This document shows, in pieces, positions 1 to 9,725 of a stretch of 64,000 nucleotides of DNA. Both the position numbers and the translations under genes were made by a program. The notes under the pieces were generated by a model. That model was not told the origin of the DNA. It worked only from the letters and a program-made list of their open reading frames with translations, and did not search any database. How positions within the stretch are numbered: the first letter of the stretch is position 1; each line of letters opens with the position of its first letter. Source of the DNA: Candidatus Woesearchaeota archaeon (GTDB lineage: Archaea > Nanobdellota > Nanobdellia > Woesearchaeales > BM511); contig PKTL01000043.1 in the NCBI GenBank assembly GCA_002867475.1, positions 16,192 to 80,191 of the forward strand, written 5' to 3'.

Positions 1-3000
1 ATCATCTGCGATATGCATTTGAGGATTATAAAAAGATTTAGAAAACTCATCAATAGATTCTTCACCTATTTGACTTCTAAAAGTATAGTCTTTAGCAATA
101 GCATTTTTTAACTCATCCATAGACATTTTTTTCCCATAATAACTTTCAGCCTTTGCAAACATGTCTAACATGAAAGGTTCATTTACAATTACATGATTAT
201 TAGTCTCTCTTATATAAAGGCCTCTTCTACCATCCTCAAAATTAGATTTCATTACAAATTTAATCTCTCCATAATCTGAAGAAAGACCATATCTAAATTG
301 TGCCCCTCTACTTATAGGATCCTCCTTAAAAGATTTTATAACTCCCGAATCAAAAATTGCATTAATACTAGTTATAGGTGCATTATGAGTCCATTGCAAA
401 TCAACAAATTCTCCCCGTACATCTTGACCTGTAGTAATCTTATCTTGTACCCTTCCATATTCAGGGTTTTCAGAATTACGAACAACCCTTCCAAGATCTT
501 GTGTATCGACTAGTTCTTCTGTTACAGATAATGAAAATGAATCTGTTATTCCTGGTTCAATATTAACAACCACATCAGAAACTGAATCTGAAGTTTCTAA
601 GAAAATTTCAGAAGGAGAAGGAGTATCGTCCAACACCCTGGATCCTGGAAGAATCAAATCTTGGTCAGGAACTGAATGAATAGCAATAGAAAGTGAAGGA
701 TTAGTATCTACCAAATCATCTGCAGCGGTTATCAATCCTTGAGATAAAGAGATTTTCTCTGCTTCTTCTAAAGCTTCAGTAATTTGACTAGAGAGCACAA
801 AATTTTCTTCATCTAAAGATCTAGTAGGTGATACAACCAATGTAGAGGATTCAGCATTTCGTATCAGTATACCCTCATCCATTTCAATTATGGCATCACC
901 ATCAGCTTGAGCAACCAATTGTCTATACCCTGAATCATCTGAAGCTCTTAATACAGGAGATATACTTCCATCAGAATGCCTAAAAACTGCCTCAACGGAA
1001 TCTACTACCAAATCATCTACAGATTCTCTAACCGCTTTTTTAGCACCGCCACCACCTGTTAATACATCTCCAATAACACCTAAACTTGGATGTATAAAAT
1101 CACCACCTATACCTACACCAGCTTCAAAACCAAATCTTGCACCTGAAATGCTTACAACACCATCGGTTGTTATTAATCCTTCAGATGTACTTAATAATTT
1201 CATATCATCTAATTTGCTTAAAACATTTGATGAATAGCTACCTAATTTTTGAAGACCTAATTTTGAAACTGCTGAAGTCGCTTTCGATGCTAATCCAGAA
1301 TACTGCAAACCTTTGATTCCTAACTTTGCAACACCACTGACAAAGATACCACCACCAACCATCTCACCGATAAAATTTGCAGAAGTATCACCAAAATTAT
1401 CAAGTGAAGAATCACTCCAATCAAAAAAATCAGTTCCTACCATGTCATCATATTCAGCTTTTGCAACAGGATCATTCTCCATTACCAAAGCATACATTTG
1501 AGCAGCATCATTATAATAACCTTGTTCTCTAAAATTTCTTGCTTGTGCCAAAAAAAGGTCATTTTGTATCTCTCCACTAAAACCTAGATTGGATTGCACC
1601 AATTCTTCTACTTTCAATTGAGTATTTAATGTAGGGTTTTGATAAAACATTGTACTAAGTTCATTTCGAGTCATATCTCTTTGAGAATCAGAATCATCCT
1701 CGTTTGTTCTTTCAACAGATAATCTATCTGCAAATTCTGGAAATTGATCTGCTAAACTACCTTCACCATTTTCAATAATATTATAAACATCAGTCATTGT
1801 TGATGCTTCACCTTTTTTTATCAAATCTTTGGCAATATCTAATACGACACCTGTAACCTGAGTTTCATAATCTAATCTTTCATTATCTCTTCCAACTGAT
1901 GTTTTATACCACTGCCAAGGGTTTAGCACACTATAACCTGCTTCGATAAGTGTCTGCCAACCTTCTCTAGCATTTTTCCCAGTATATTCCAATTCGCCTG
2001 ACATTGTCTTTTCATAATATTTCATCCAAGGATGTTTATCTCTAGTAGCTTCATCATAAACCCCTAATTGTTCTAATGCCCCTTCTAGAATGGCAAGTTT
2101 TGCTGCTTTATTTTGCTCTAGAAAATTTTGTGCAACTTTATTTTGTTCAGGAGTTCCTTTTCCTAAGACTGATTCATATAATTTAACTGCGCCAACAAAA
2201 TTACCTGAGATAAGCTCTAATGAAGCTAATTTAAAATTAATAGTTGGATTATCTGAAATTTCAGAAAATCTTTCAAGATCCTCTTTTAGAACATTAAAAT
2301 TAAGTTGACCATTTTCAGTATTTCTCATTACTAAAGCTTCAATTATTAAATCTTCATTAGAGATCTTATCACCATAACTTTCTTTTACAATCCTTGGGTC
2401 CATCAATAAAGCTTTATCCTCTCCTTTAACAAAAGCAATAGACCTCATATTTTTACCATCAACCTCTAGATTAACAGAACTGACAATACCTCCTGTATCA
2501 CCTAATTGAATCACAAAATCATCAAAAGAATCAATAAAATGATCCCCAGTGGCTCCAAAAATTTTATTTATTTCATCTAGATTAGAAATGACAACATCAT
2601 CCTCTTTAGATATTAACATAGGAAATTCTAGTATTTCTTTATTTAAACTTAAATCATTTACACTATACCCATCAAATTTTTTAGCAAAAGTTGCAATATC
2701 CCCTTTCTCATCTGCATCAATATATATTTGTTCTACTTCATTGAATGCTCTTATTAAAGTTGAAGAATCTACTAAACCTTCATAAGTATAAGTAGAAGCC
2801 TCAACATCACATTTGCCATAAACCTGATCAAAATTATCACTGTGTAAAACTAATGAACCTATTTCAAACTTGGAGGGATCTAATTTTTTAGTTTTAGAAT
2901 AATCTTCTAAAAATTTAGAATGTTCTATTAAGAATTCTGAAGAATCTTCAATTGATTCCTTAGATTTGGAACTAAACTCTCCTTGTGATGTTGAAAATTG

Positions 3001-4461
3001 ACCAAAGGCCATGAAATCATCACCATATTGAACTAAACCATTAAATTCTCCAAGATTATTTATATCTGTAGACCCATAAGGAGTTATAGCTAAAGGTCTT
3101 CCAATACTATTTGCTTTAAAATTTTTACTTAAATCTACAAAAGTAGAATCATAATCTTTAGTGCTTTTAAGCAAAACCGATCCTTTATCTGTATATATAA
3201 AATCACCTTCTACTGTTTTGGTTGTTACTTTCAATTCTCCAGACTTTAATTTATTCAACAGTTCCGTATTTTGTGCTGAAGTCCCACCGAATTCACCTAA
3301 ACCTAAAGATTCATATGCCTCTTTTCTTGCTTGATAATTATCTTGTCCGGTTCCATATCCTAATTCAGTAAATGTATCAGAAGCACTTGAACCAATAAGA
3401 TTAGAATTAAGTGTTCCTTTTATTGATATCTTTGAATCAATCCCAAAAATTTGAGTATCACTTATTGTTAATGATTGTTCTGATCTAAAATCTATCACTT
3501 CATGATCTGGACCAAAAGTTATTGTTCCTTTTACTATATCTCCAATATCTGTTTCAAAATCAATAGGAGTAAGAATACTTAATGAATTACCATTATCATG
3601 AACTGTTATATCTCCTTGAGATTCATCAATCTCAGCGATTCCATATTTTGAAACCATAACTACTTTTGATCCGGCTGTTAATTGATAATCATCATACTGA
3701 TTATCTGGCAGTTCTAAACCTACACGTAAATCGCCAATTTGTGTTATTCTTGAAAATGTTCCATCTAATTTCACATTTGCATTTGCGATTTCTGCCCCAT
3801 CTTTTAGCCATAATTTTCCACTATCATCAATCCCATCAACAATCCCATCATTAATATTGAATGAACCAGTTATATCTATACCACCCTCTTCTTCAGATAA
3901 TCCTTTTCCTATAGAAATTTCACCAGATTCTTTATCGAAACTGCCTATTTTAGTATTTTCAGAAGCAACGATATAACCTCCTTTTTGACCAAACCAGGTA
4001 GTTACTGCATCAGGATTATTATTCAAAAATGTTGCATCTTTATCAAGCTGTGTATCGACTGAATCTAAAACAGCAGACTCCATCATTAGATCAATATTTG
4101 CATCAACTGCTCTTTTCAAATCTTCAGATTCTAATTTACTTGAATAAGCAGGATTTTTACTAAGTGCTTTTGCTAAGTCAATATCTGTCAATTCTTCTGC
4201 AAGACCTTCACTAGATTCTAACAACATTCCCAAATCTTCAGAAGATATATCCTCAGCATATTTAGCAAGATCAACGCTACTAATCTGAGATAATTGATCT
4301 ACATTTGCATTATCTATAACATGCATAGGATCAGTGGTAAAAACCATCTGCAATTGAGAAGGATCACTCAAGCTACAATCACTGACTACTTCAGGGCATT
4401 CAGCATAGATTAAACTAGTTGAAAGTGTCAGTAATAATATGAGCATGATTACTTTTTTCAT
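1..4461 (-). CDS. Large secreted protein (>1487 aa, runs off left edge); putative polymorphic effector with DUF3597-like motif, TPR-like helices, Gly-rich hydrophobic segment and ART-like C-terminal region
   Basis: Absent from ORF track (no stop in window). Manual translation from ATG 4461 (ATGA overlap with upstream stop): MKKVIMLILLLTLSTSLIYAECP signal peptide, open to position 1; N-terminus homologous to 6328..8640. Confidence 0.85.
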   Translation of the reverse strand, partial: MKKVIMLILLLTLSTSLIYAECPEVVSDCSLSDPSQLQMVFTTDPMHVIDNANVDQLSQISSVDLAKYAEDISSEDLGMLLESSEGLAEELTDIDLAKALSKNPAYSSKLESEDLKRAVDANIDLMMESAVLDSVDTQLDKDATFLNNNPDAVTTWFGQKGGYIVASENTKIGSFDKESGEISIGKGLSEEEGGIDITGSFNINDGIVDGIDDSGKLWLKDGAEIANANVKLDGTFSRITQIGDLRVGLELPDNQYDDYQLTAGSKVVMVSKYGIAEIDESQGDITVHDNGNSLSILTPIDFETDIGDIVKGTITFGPDHEVIDFRSEQSLTISDTQIFGIDSKISIKGTLNSNLIGSSASDTFTELGYGTGQDNYQARKEAYESLGLGEFGGTSAQNTELLNKLKSGELKVTTKTVEGDFIYTDKGSVLLKSTKDYDSTFVDLSKNFKANSIGRPLAITPYGSTDINNLGEFNGLVQYGDDFMAFGQFSTSQGEFSSKSKESIEDSSEFLIEHSKFLEDYSKTKKLDPSKFEIGSLVLHSDNFDQVYGKCDVEASTYTYEGLVDSSTLIRAFNEVEQIYIDADEKGDIATFAKKFDGYSVNDLSLNKEILEFPMLISKEDDVVISNLDEINKIFGATGDHFIDSFDDFVIQLGDTGGIVSSVNLEVDGKNMRSIAFVKGEDKALLMDPRIVKESYGDKISNEDLIIEALVMRNTENGQLNFNVLKEDLERFSEISDNPTINFKLASLELISGNFVGAVKLYESVLGKGTPEQNKVAQNFLEQNKAAKLAILEGALEQLGVYDEATRDKHPWMKYYEKTMSGELEYTGKNAREGWQTLIEAGYSVLNPWQWYKTSVGRDNERLDYETQVTGVVLDIAKDLIKKGEASTMTDVYNIIENGEGSLADQFPEFADRLSVERTNEDDSDSQRDMTRNELSTMFYQNPTLNTQLKVEELVQSNLGFSGEIQNDLFLAQARNFREQGYYNDAAQMYALVMENDPVAKAEYDDMVGTDFFDWSDSSLDNFGDTSANFIGEMVGGGIFVSGVAKLGIKGLQYSGLASKATSAVSKLGLQKLGSYSSNVLSKLDDMKLLSTSEGLITTDGVVSISGARFGFEAGVGIGGDFIHPSLGVIGDVLTGGGGAKKAVRESVDDLVVDSVEAVFRHSDGSISPVLRASDDSGYRQLVAQADGDAIIEMDEGILIRNAESSTLVVSPTRSLDEENFVLSSQITEALEEAEKISLSQGLITAADDLVDTNPSLSIAIHSVPDQDLILPGSRVLDDTPSPSEIFLETSDSVSDVVVNIEPGITDSFSLSVTEELVDTQDLGRVVRNSENPEYGRVQDKITTGQDVRGEFVDLQWTHNAPITSINAIFDSGVIKSFKEDPISRGAQFRYGLSSDYGEIKFVMKSNFEDGRRGLYIRETNNHVIVNEPFMLDMFAKAESYYGKKMSMDELKNAIAKDYTFRSQIGEESIDEFSKSFYNPQMHIADD

Positions 4462-5534
4462 TGTGGGATAAATGTTACCTCTCTGCAATGCTTGTCTCGT
4501 TGGTCATATGCACAAAATTCTATTGTTTTCTCTTCAGAAGTTCTTGCAGTATATGAAACCATTCCTGTAATTGGATTGACAAATACGTTTCTCTCTTCAG
4601 TGTAATAATTTATCATATCACCATCATAATCTGTTGCGTTTAAGTAAAAAGTGAAAGGTTCGTTTATTCCAACTACATGATCTGGAATGAATTCTAGTCT
4701 TGGTGCACTATTCACTTTCTTGTTTATTGCTAGATTGAATATTAAAGGCACTTCATATTCATCATATTCTGAAATTATTGAGATGACATAATCTGTTCCT
4801 GAATAAGGATTTAAGATTATCTTTTCATCAAATGATGTGAGTAGTTCAAAGCTTAATTCTTGTGAAAGGCTTCCATCTCCAAGAAGATCTTCTGCTTGTT
4901 CATCTTCTATACCAAAACCGGATAAGTATTCTTGCGATATTAGTTCATCAACTTTTATGCTTGTTTTTATCTCATCTGCTGCACCAAGTATTTTTAAGAT
5001 GTTTATAGGTACTTTAAAGCTGTATTCTTCAACCAACAAGTTAGAATTGTCCCTTTCTAAGGATATTGGATAATTAAGGTCTACCCTCACATTTTTATAT
5101 TCGAAATTAACTGAAGCTTTTGGCTCACCATAAACTATATCATTAACGGCGAATAGATCCGATCTTTTTACACATAAAGATATCGTATCTTCAACAAACT
5201 TTCCTAATTCAGATTCCATGAATTCTACGTTTGGACTAGTATCTATACCATCATAAATGTGATAAGCTACAGGGTTGTTTATGACTAGAAATATGTCTGA
5301 ATAATCATAGATAAATCCACCTCTATTTGCAAGCAAATAAATTCCTGGAACTGATACATCCTCAATGCACCTTTCCACATATTCCTCCACTATTCCTTTT
5401 GTAAGGATAGTGTTAGATATATCTAGTTGATCAATATCAACATCATCTTTCATAAGGTAGTAGAATGAGATAACTCCTAGTATCAATATACCTATTATTA
5501 TGAATACTGTCACCTGTCCCTTCTTATTCATCAT
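4458..5534 (-). CDS. Type IV pilin-like protein with class III signal peptide and C-terminal Ig/cadherin-like domain
   Basis: N-terminus KKGQ-VTVFIIIGILIL; C-terminal NSAPRLEFIPD...ATDYDGD...VNPITG; paralogue of 8637..9677. Confidence 0.75.
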   Translation of the reverse strand: MMNKKGQVTVFIIIGILILGVISFYYLMKDDVDIDQLDISNTILTKGIVEEYVERCIEDVSVPGIYLLANRGGFIYDYSDIFLVINNPVAYHIYDGIDTSPNVEFMESELGKFVEDTISLCVKRSDLFAVNDIVYGEPKASVNFEYKNVRVDLNYPISLERDNSNLLVEEYSFKVPINILKILGAADEIKTSIKVDELISQEYLSGFGIEDEQAEDLLGDGSLSQELSFELLTSFDEKIILNPYSGTDYVISIISEYDEYEVPLIFNLAINKKVNSAPRLEFIPDHVVGINEPFTFYLNATDYDGDMINYYTEERNVFVNPITGMVSYTARTSEEKTIEFCAYDQRDKHCREVTFIPQ

Positions 5535-5550
5535 TGTTTTAAGTAACTAG

Positions 5551-5576
5551 ATACTATATAAAGTTTAAGAAAAAGA
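5551..5576 (-). promoter_or_regulatory. TATA-containing promoter, copy 1 of exact 26-bp repeat
   Basis: + strand atactatataaagtttaagaaaaaga, identical to 9700..9725; TTTATATA on - strand about 21-28 nt before ATG 5534. Confidence 0.8.
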
Positions 5577-5655
5577 GAGATAATTCATTTATTTATTACT
5601 TATTAGTGACTACAAAAACGAAAGCTTTATATAGTAATAGATATTATGATAAGAT

Positions 5656-6327
5656 ATGGATAGAAGAACTTTTTTAAAAAATCTTGGACTTGCTACTGCA
5701 AGCTTAACCATGCCAAAAACAGCGTTAGCTTCATTAGAAGATACAATAAAATACCTAGATGGAACAAGAGAAAGAAAAATTGGTAACACCTTAAAAGTAC
5801 AAAAAGCATATGAACTTTCAAATGAAAAAGGACTATCCTTACTAGTTGATAAAACAAACTATTCCCTACAAGTATTATCAAAAGGTAAAGTTATCCATGA
5901 ATATCCTATTGAACTTGGTTTTGATCCGAAAAATGATAAAGAAGTTGAAGGAGATGGAAGAACTCCTGAAGGACATTTTTTCATCTGCAAAAAAAATCCT
6001 TATAGTAATTTCCATAAATCACTTGGAATAAGCTATCCAAACCTAGAAGATGTTGAAAGAGGATTACATGAAGGATTAATCACTCAAAAAGAAGCAGATT
6101 CTATTGAATACCAGATAAAAAATGAGATGCAACCTTTATGGAAAACAGCACTTGGTGGTGAAGTTATGATTCACGGAAGTGGCTCAGGAAAAACACCTAA
6201 TCAAGGTGGAAGAAACTGGACATGGGGCTGTATATCGTTAGCTGATAACCATATCGATGAAGTATATGATATATCAAAAGTAGGAACACCTTTAATCATC
6301 GTGAAAAACAATCCTTATCTTAGATAA
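5656..6327 (+). CDS. YkuD-family L,D-transpeptidase/carboxypeptidase-like protein with Tat signal peptide
   Basis: MDRRTFLK twin-Arg signal; EGDGRTPEG, LGISYPN and catalytic IHG...WTWGCISL motifs. Confidence 0.88.
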   Translation: MDRRTFLKNLGLATASLTMPKTALASLEDTIKYLDGTRERKIGNTLKVQKAYELSNEKGLSLLVDKTNYSLQVLSKGKVIHEYPIELGFDPKNDKEVEGDGRTPEGHFFICKKNPYSNFHKSLGISYPNLEDVERGLHEGLITQKEADSIEYQIKNEMQPLWKTALGGEVMIHGSGSGKTPNQGGRNWTWGCISLADNHIDEVYDISKVGTPLIIVKNNPYLR

Positions 6328-8640
6328 TTACCATTCATCTAATTCAGTGTTTGTTGCAACAGAATTAGTTTCTGCATAAATTCTTTCACTTTCAACAAAA
6401 TTTAATTCTACCCCCTTAATTTTTTCTGCTGAATAATATTTCCAAACACCACTCTCATCCTTATAATAATAAGCCATCCTTTGACCTTCATTCTTACCAT
6501 TTTCCATATTATATCTCCATCCTGTAGAATCTTGAGATTTTCCTAGCCAAGAATTTTTTTTAGATTCTTTAATGACTAAATCACCCATAGCTTTATAACC
6601 TTCTCGTTGAAGAACATCAACATTAACTATTTTTCCAACAACAGGATCCCTACCTGGAGCTACAGTTTCCCAACCAGCAATTAATCTAACATTAGGATAG
6701 GCCTTTTCCATAGTAGAAACAAATTTTTCAGCAGTTTGAAATTCAGGATTTGCATTATCTGTATATCTAAATTCACCATAATGAGAAGTTTGAGAATTAT
6801 CATAATATTGAGAATAGACCAAAGAATCACCATTTGCTACTTTTTCTCTTAAATATTCAGGATCCATAACTGTATGACAAGCACTAAAAGTTACAACTTC
6901 AATATTGGGATTTCTAGGCAAAGATTCAAAAGAGATAGTTTCTGCAAATTGATTAAATATACCATTTTGTCCGGTATAATGATGTCCTGAAAAAGACAAA
7001 ATTGTAGCATCAGTAGTTGCTAATTTTTGAAATAGTTCAGGATCACCATTTTGTACTGAATCATAATACATTGAAGAAGGAATAATTCGCTGAATAGTTT
7101 CCCCAACATTTGTAAATTCTGGATTTCCAGTTAATTGAAAAACACCATTTACTTCTGAAGGTTTTGAAGGATAATTTCCACAATTACCTTTTTCTTGACA
7201 AGAAGAACAAATAAAAAATTCTCCATCAATAAGGTTTATTGTATGCGCACCTTCTAAAGAAGTCTCAACCTGATCAAAATTAAAATCATAACGTATATCA
7301 GGAGTAATTTCAGTCATTATTCCTTCAATAATAATAGGATTATTAGGATCTGCAGAAAAAATCAAATGAGAGTTATCTGTATTTAAATTAATTATACTTT
7401 CATCGGTTATTTCATCAATATCAATATCTACTAAATTATCTAAATTGACAATCTCCATATTATTATCTACGCTTTTAACAAAAATTGTTCCTTTTTCTTT
7501 AGTATGGGAAATACATGAAACTTGAGAATTTTCACAATAATTAACAGAAGAATAATCATCTAGATTTTCATAATAACATAATCCATTTTCACAAATTTGA
7601 GCTGGTTCCAATATAGGCTGTGAATCTACATAATAATATGTCTCCTCTTCCGCATTAAAAAAAAATGATTTTTCACCATCAAAATAGGGCATAAATTTAG
7701 TATTTTCACCAATTATAAAATCCTCATCATCATAGATAACCTTTCCTGAAAATTCGAAAGAAACTTCATTATTAGATTTATCAAAAACTATAAGATTTTC
7801 TCCTTCAAAAGTTTTTTTATTACCCTCAAGATCAACATTGAGAAATCCACCTTCCATCGTACTATATCTTTTATCTATATCTTGAATCTCCCCATTAATT
7901 ATATTTACATTAGTATTTTGAGAATTTGAAATATCTGTGACGCCACCAACGACTACCACATCACCATTTTCATTTATACCGATATTGCCTGAAGAAATTT
8001 CTGTACCTGTAATCAATATTAATCTTCCTTCACTTGTAATTTGAGCCCCCGGATGATCATTTATATTAAAAGTGGTAGATTCAGAACCTCCTGTTTTAAC
8101 AATGTTTGACTCCTTATCAAAACTTGAAATAGAAGCACCATTTTGAGGAATTATACCTCCTTTTGTTTCAAACCAAGAGGCTAACGCTTCATGATTATTA
8201 TTTAAAATAAAAGTATTTCCATTACTAACTTCATCATCAATCTTACTCAACACCACAGGATTACCAATTAAACCAGCCGCATCTGATTCAAGCGCTTTAG
8301 ATAAATCATCAGAATCCAACTTATTAACAGAGTCAGGCTTTGCTAAAATACACGCACTTAATTTTTCTGGAGTCATACCATTATACTTTGCAAGCTCCGG
8401 CCTTTGTAATAATACTTCGCCTATCTCATCAGGAAAATCACTTGCAAAATCACTAAGCGTAGAACTATCCAAACCCATTAAATCATTAACACTCACCCTT
8501 TCATCACTAGGACTCAAATCACCTGACTGTAAACCAATCAACCGATCACTTTGACTTGAATAATCACAATCAGGAGGACAATCAGCAAAAACAAAATTAC
8601 ATAATAATAAAATCATAATAAATAAAACTATTTTTTTCAT
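6328..8640 (-). CDS. Secreted 770-aa protein with C-terminal caspase/CHAT-like (clan CD) peptidase domain
   Basis: Signal peptide; LSFSGHH and VVTFSACHT His/Cys dyad motifs, later LIAGW; N-terminus homologous to 1..4461. Confidence 0.65.
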   Translation of the reverse strand: MKKIVLFIMILLLCNFVFADCPPDCDYSSQSDRLIGLQSGDLSPSDERVSVNDLMGLDSSTLSDFASDFPDEIGEVLLQRPELAKYNGMTPEKLSACILAKPDSVNKLDSDDLSKALESDAAGLIGNPVVLSKIDDEVSNGNTFILNNNHEALASWFETKGGIIPQNGASISSFDKESNIVKTGGSESTTFNINDHPGAQITSEGRLILITGTEISSGNIGINENGDVVVVGGVTDISNSQNTNVNIINGEIQDIDKRYSTMEGGFLNVDLEGNKKTFEGENLIVFDKSNNEVSFEFSGKVIYDDEDFIIGENTKFMPYFDGEKSFFFNAEEETYYYVDSQPILEPAQICENGLCYYENLDDYSSVNYCENSQVSCISHTKEKGTIFVKSVDNNMEIVNLDNLVDIDIDEITDESIINLNTDNSHLIFSADPNNPIIIEGIMTEITPDIRYDFNFDQVETSLEGAHTINLIDGEFFICSSCQEKGNCGNYPSKPSEVNGVFQLTGNPEFTNVGETIQRIIPSSMYYDSVQNGDPELFQKLATTDATILSFSGHHYTGQNGIFNQFAETISFESLPRNPNIEVVTFSACHTVMDPEYLREKVANGDSLVYSQYYDNSQTSHYGEFRYTDNANPEFQTAEKFVSTMEKAYPNVRLIAGWETVAPGRDPVVGKIVNVDVLQREGYKAMGDLVIKESKKNSWLGKSQDSTGWRYNMENGKNEGQRMAYYYKDESGVWKYYSAEKIKGVELNFVESERIYAETNSVATNTELDEW

Positions 8641-9677
8641 ATTGCATCACCAGATTTATTAAAAGTTATAAAACTTATATCTTCTCTACCTAAATCATCT
8701 CTAATTTTAATTATATATGAACTAATTCCATAGTCTAAAATCGAAGTATTAAAATAGATGATACCTTGATTTTCATCAATATTAAATTTTTCAGAATTAT
8801 CATAGAATTTTAGATTGTTACCAGAAGCAGTAACTTTAAAATCAAATATTAGATTATTTTCAATATTAAAAATATCTGTATCAACAATTAGAGGATGATT
8901 CTCTTCAATTAATTGATTCCAATACATATAATCCCATTGATAATAAGTAGCATAATTATACCTAAAATCATCTTGATTAGGAATTGTAAAATTAAATGAA
9001 AATAATACTTCAGAAAAACCTTTATGAATAATATTGAAAGTATAATTATATTTCATAGAATTGATAAGGATATTACCAAAAATTATTTCATTAGGATATT
9101 TTTCCTGTTCATCTATTATATTGGAGATTATATCATATTTTTCTTTGAAACTATTATCAACTACTGCATCATACTTTGTTCGTTTTATTATAGTGTCATC
9201 TTTGATTAATTCCAGATATAGTTCTAGGTCTGCTTCTATATTTTTTTGATTTATGTTTGCATCGACATCTTTTAGTTCATATTGCAAGATTGAGACCTTA
9301 TCCTTAAAGGAGTTATAATCATCTATGCAATTTTCTAGATTATAATACACATATTTATTCAATTCACCTTCAATTATTTCTATTGAAGGGATCTTTTTTT
9401 CACCATCCCAATAATATGCAACTTTCATATTTTCAAAATCTATATAATCTAATTGAAGGTCATAATAACCCCCTCTTAATGCTAGATATCTTATCCCCTC
9501 ATCTATTGTTTTTGAAAGACATAATTTTGTAAACTGATCAATCTCTTCAAAAACTTCAACTTGTCCTGTTTCTTCAAAAGAATCAGATTCTTTTTTTGTT
9601 AGAATCAGAAAAGAAACCGCTATAACTATCAATATACCTATTATTATGAATATTGTTACTTGACCTTTTCTTCCCAC
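8637..9677 (-). CDS. Type IV pilin-like protein with class III signal peptide
   Basis: GTG start; RKGQ-VTIFIIIGILIV; LALRGGYY matches LLANRGGFI of 4458..5534; ATGA overlap with downstream gene. Confidence 0.75.
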   Translation of the reverse strand: MGRKGQVTIFIIIGILIVIAVSFLILTKKESDSFEETGQVEVFEEIDQFTKLCLSKTIDEGIRYLALRGGYYDLQLDYIDFENMKVAYYWDGEKKIPSIEIIEGELNKYVYYNLENCIDDYNSFKDKVSILQYELKDVDANINQKNIEADLELYLELIKDDTIIKRTKYDAVVDNSFKEKYDIISNIIDEQEKYPNEIIFGNILINSMKYNYTFNIIHKGFSEVLFSFNFTIPNQDDFRYNYATYYQWDYMYWNQLIEENHPLIVDTDIFNIENNLIFDFKVTASGNNLKFYDNSEKFNIDENQGIIYFNTSILDYGISSYIIKIRDDLGREDISFITFNKSGDAI

Positions 9678-9699
9678 TTTATACTAAATTTAGAATTTA

Positions 9700-9725
9700 A
9701 TACTATATAAAGTTTAAGAAAAAGA
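9700..9725 (-). promoter_or_regulatory. TATA-containing promoter, copy 2 of exact 26-bp repeat
   Basis: Identical to 5551..5576, upstream of the paralogous pilin-like gene. Confidence 0.8.

Noticed and set aside
298-5073. Short + strand ORFs in the track (298, 1313, 2090, 2549, 3666, 4837) and similar antisense ORFs throughout the window
   Set aside because: They are shadows opposite long, well-supported genes.
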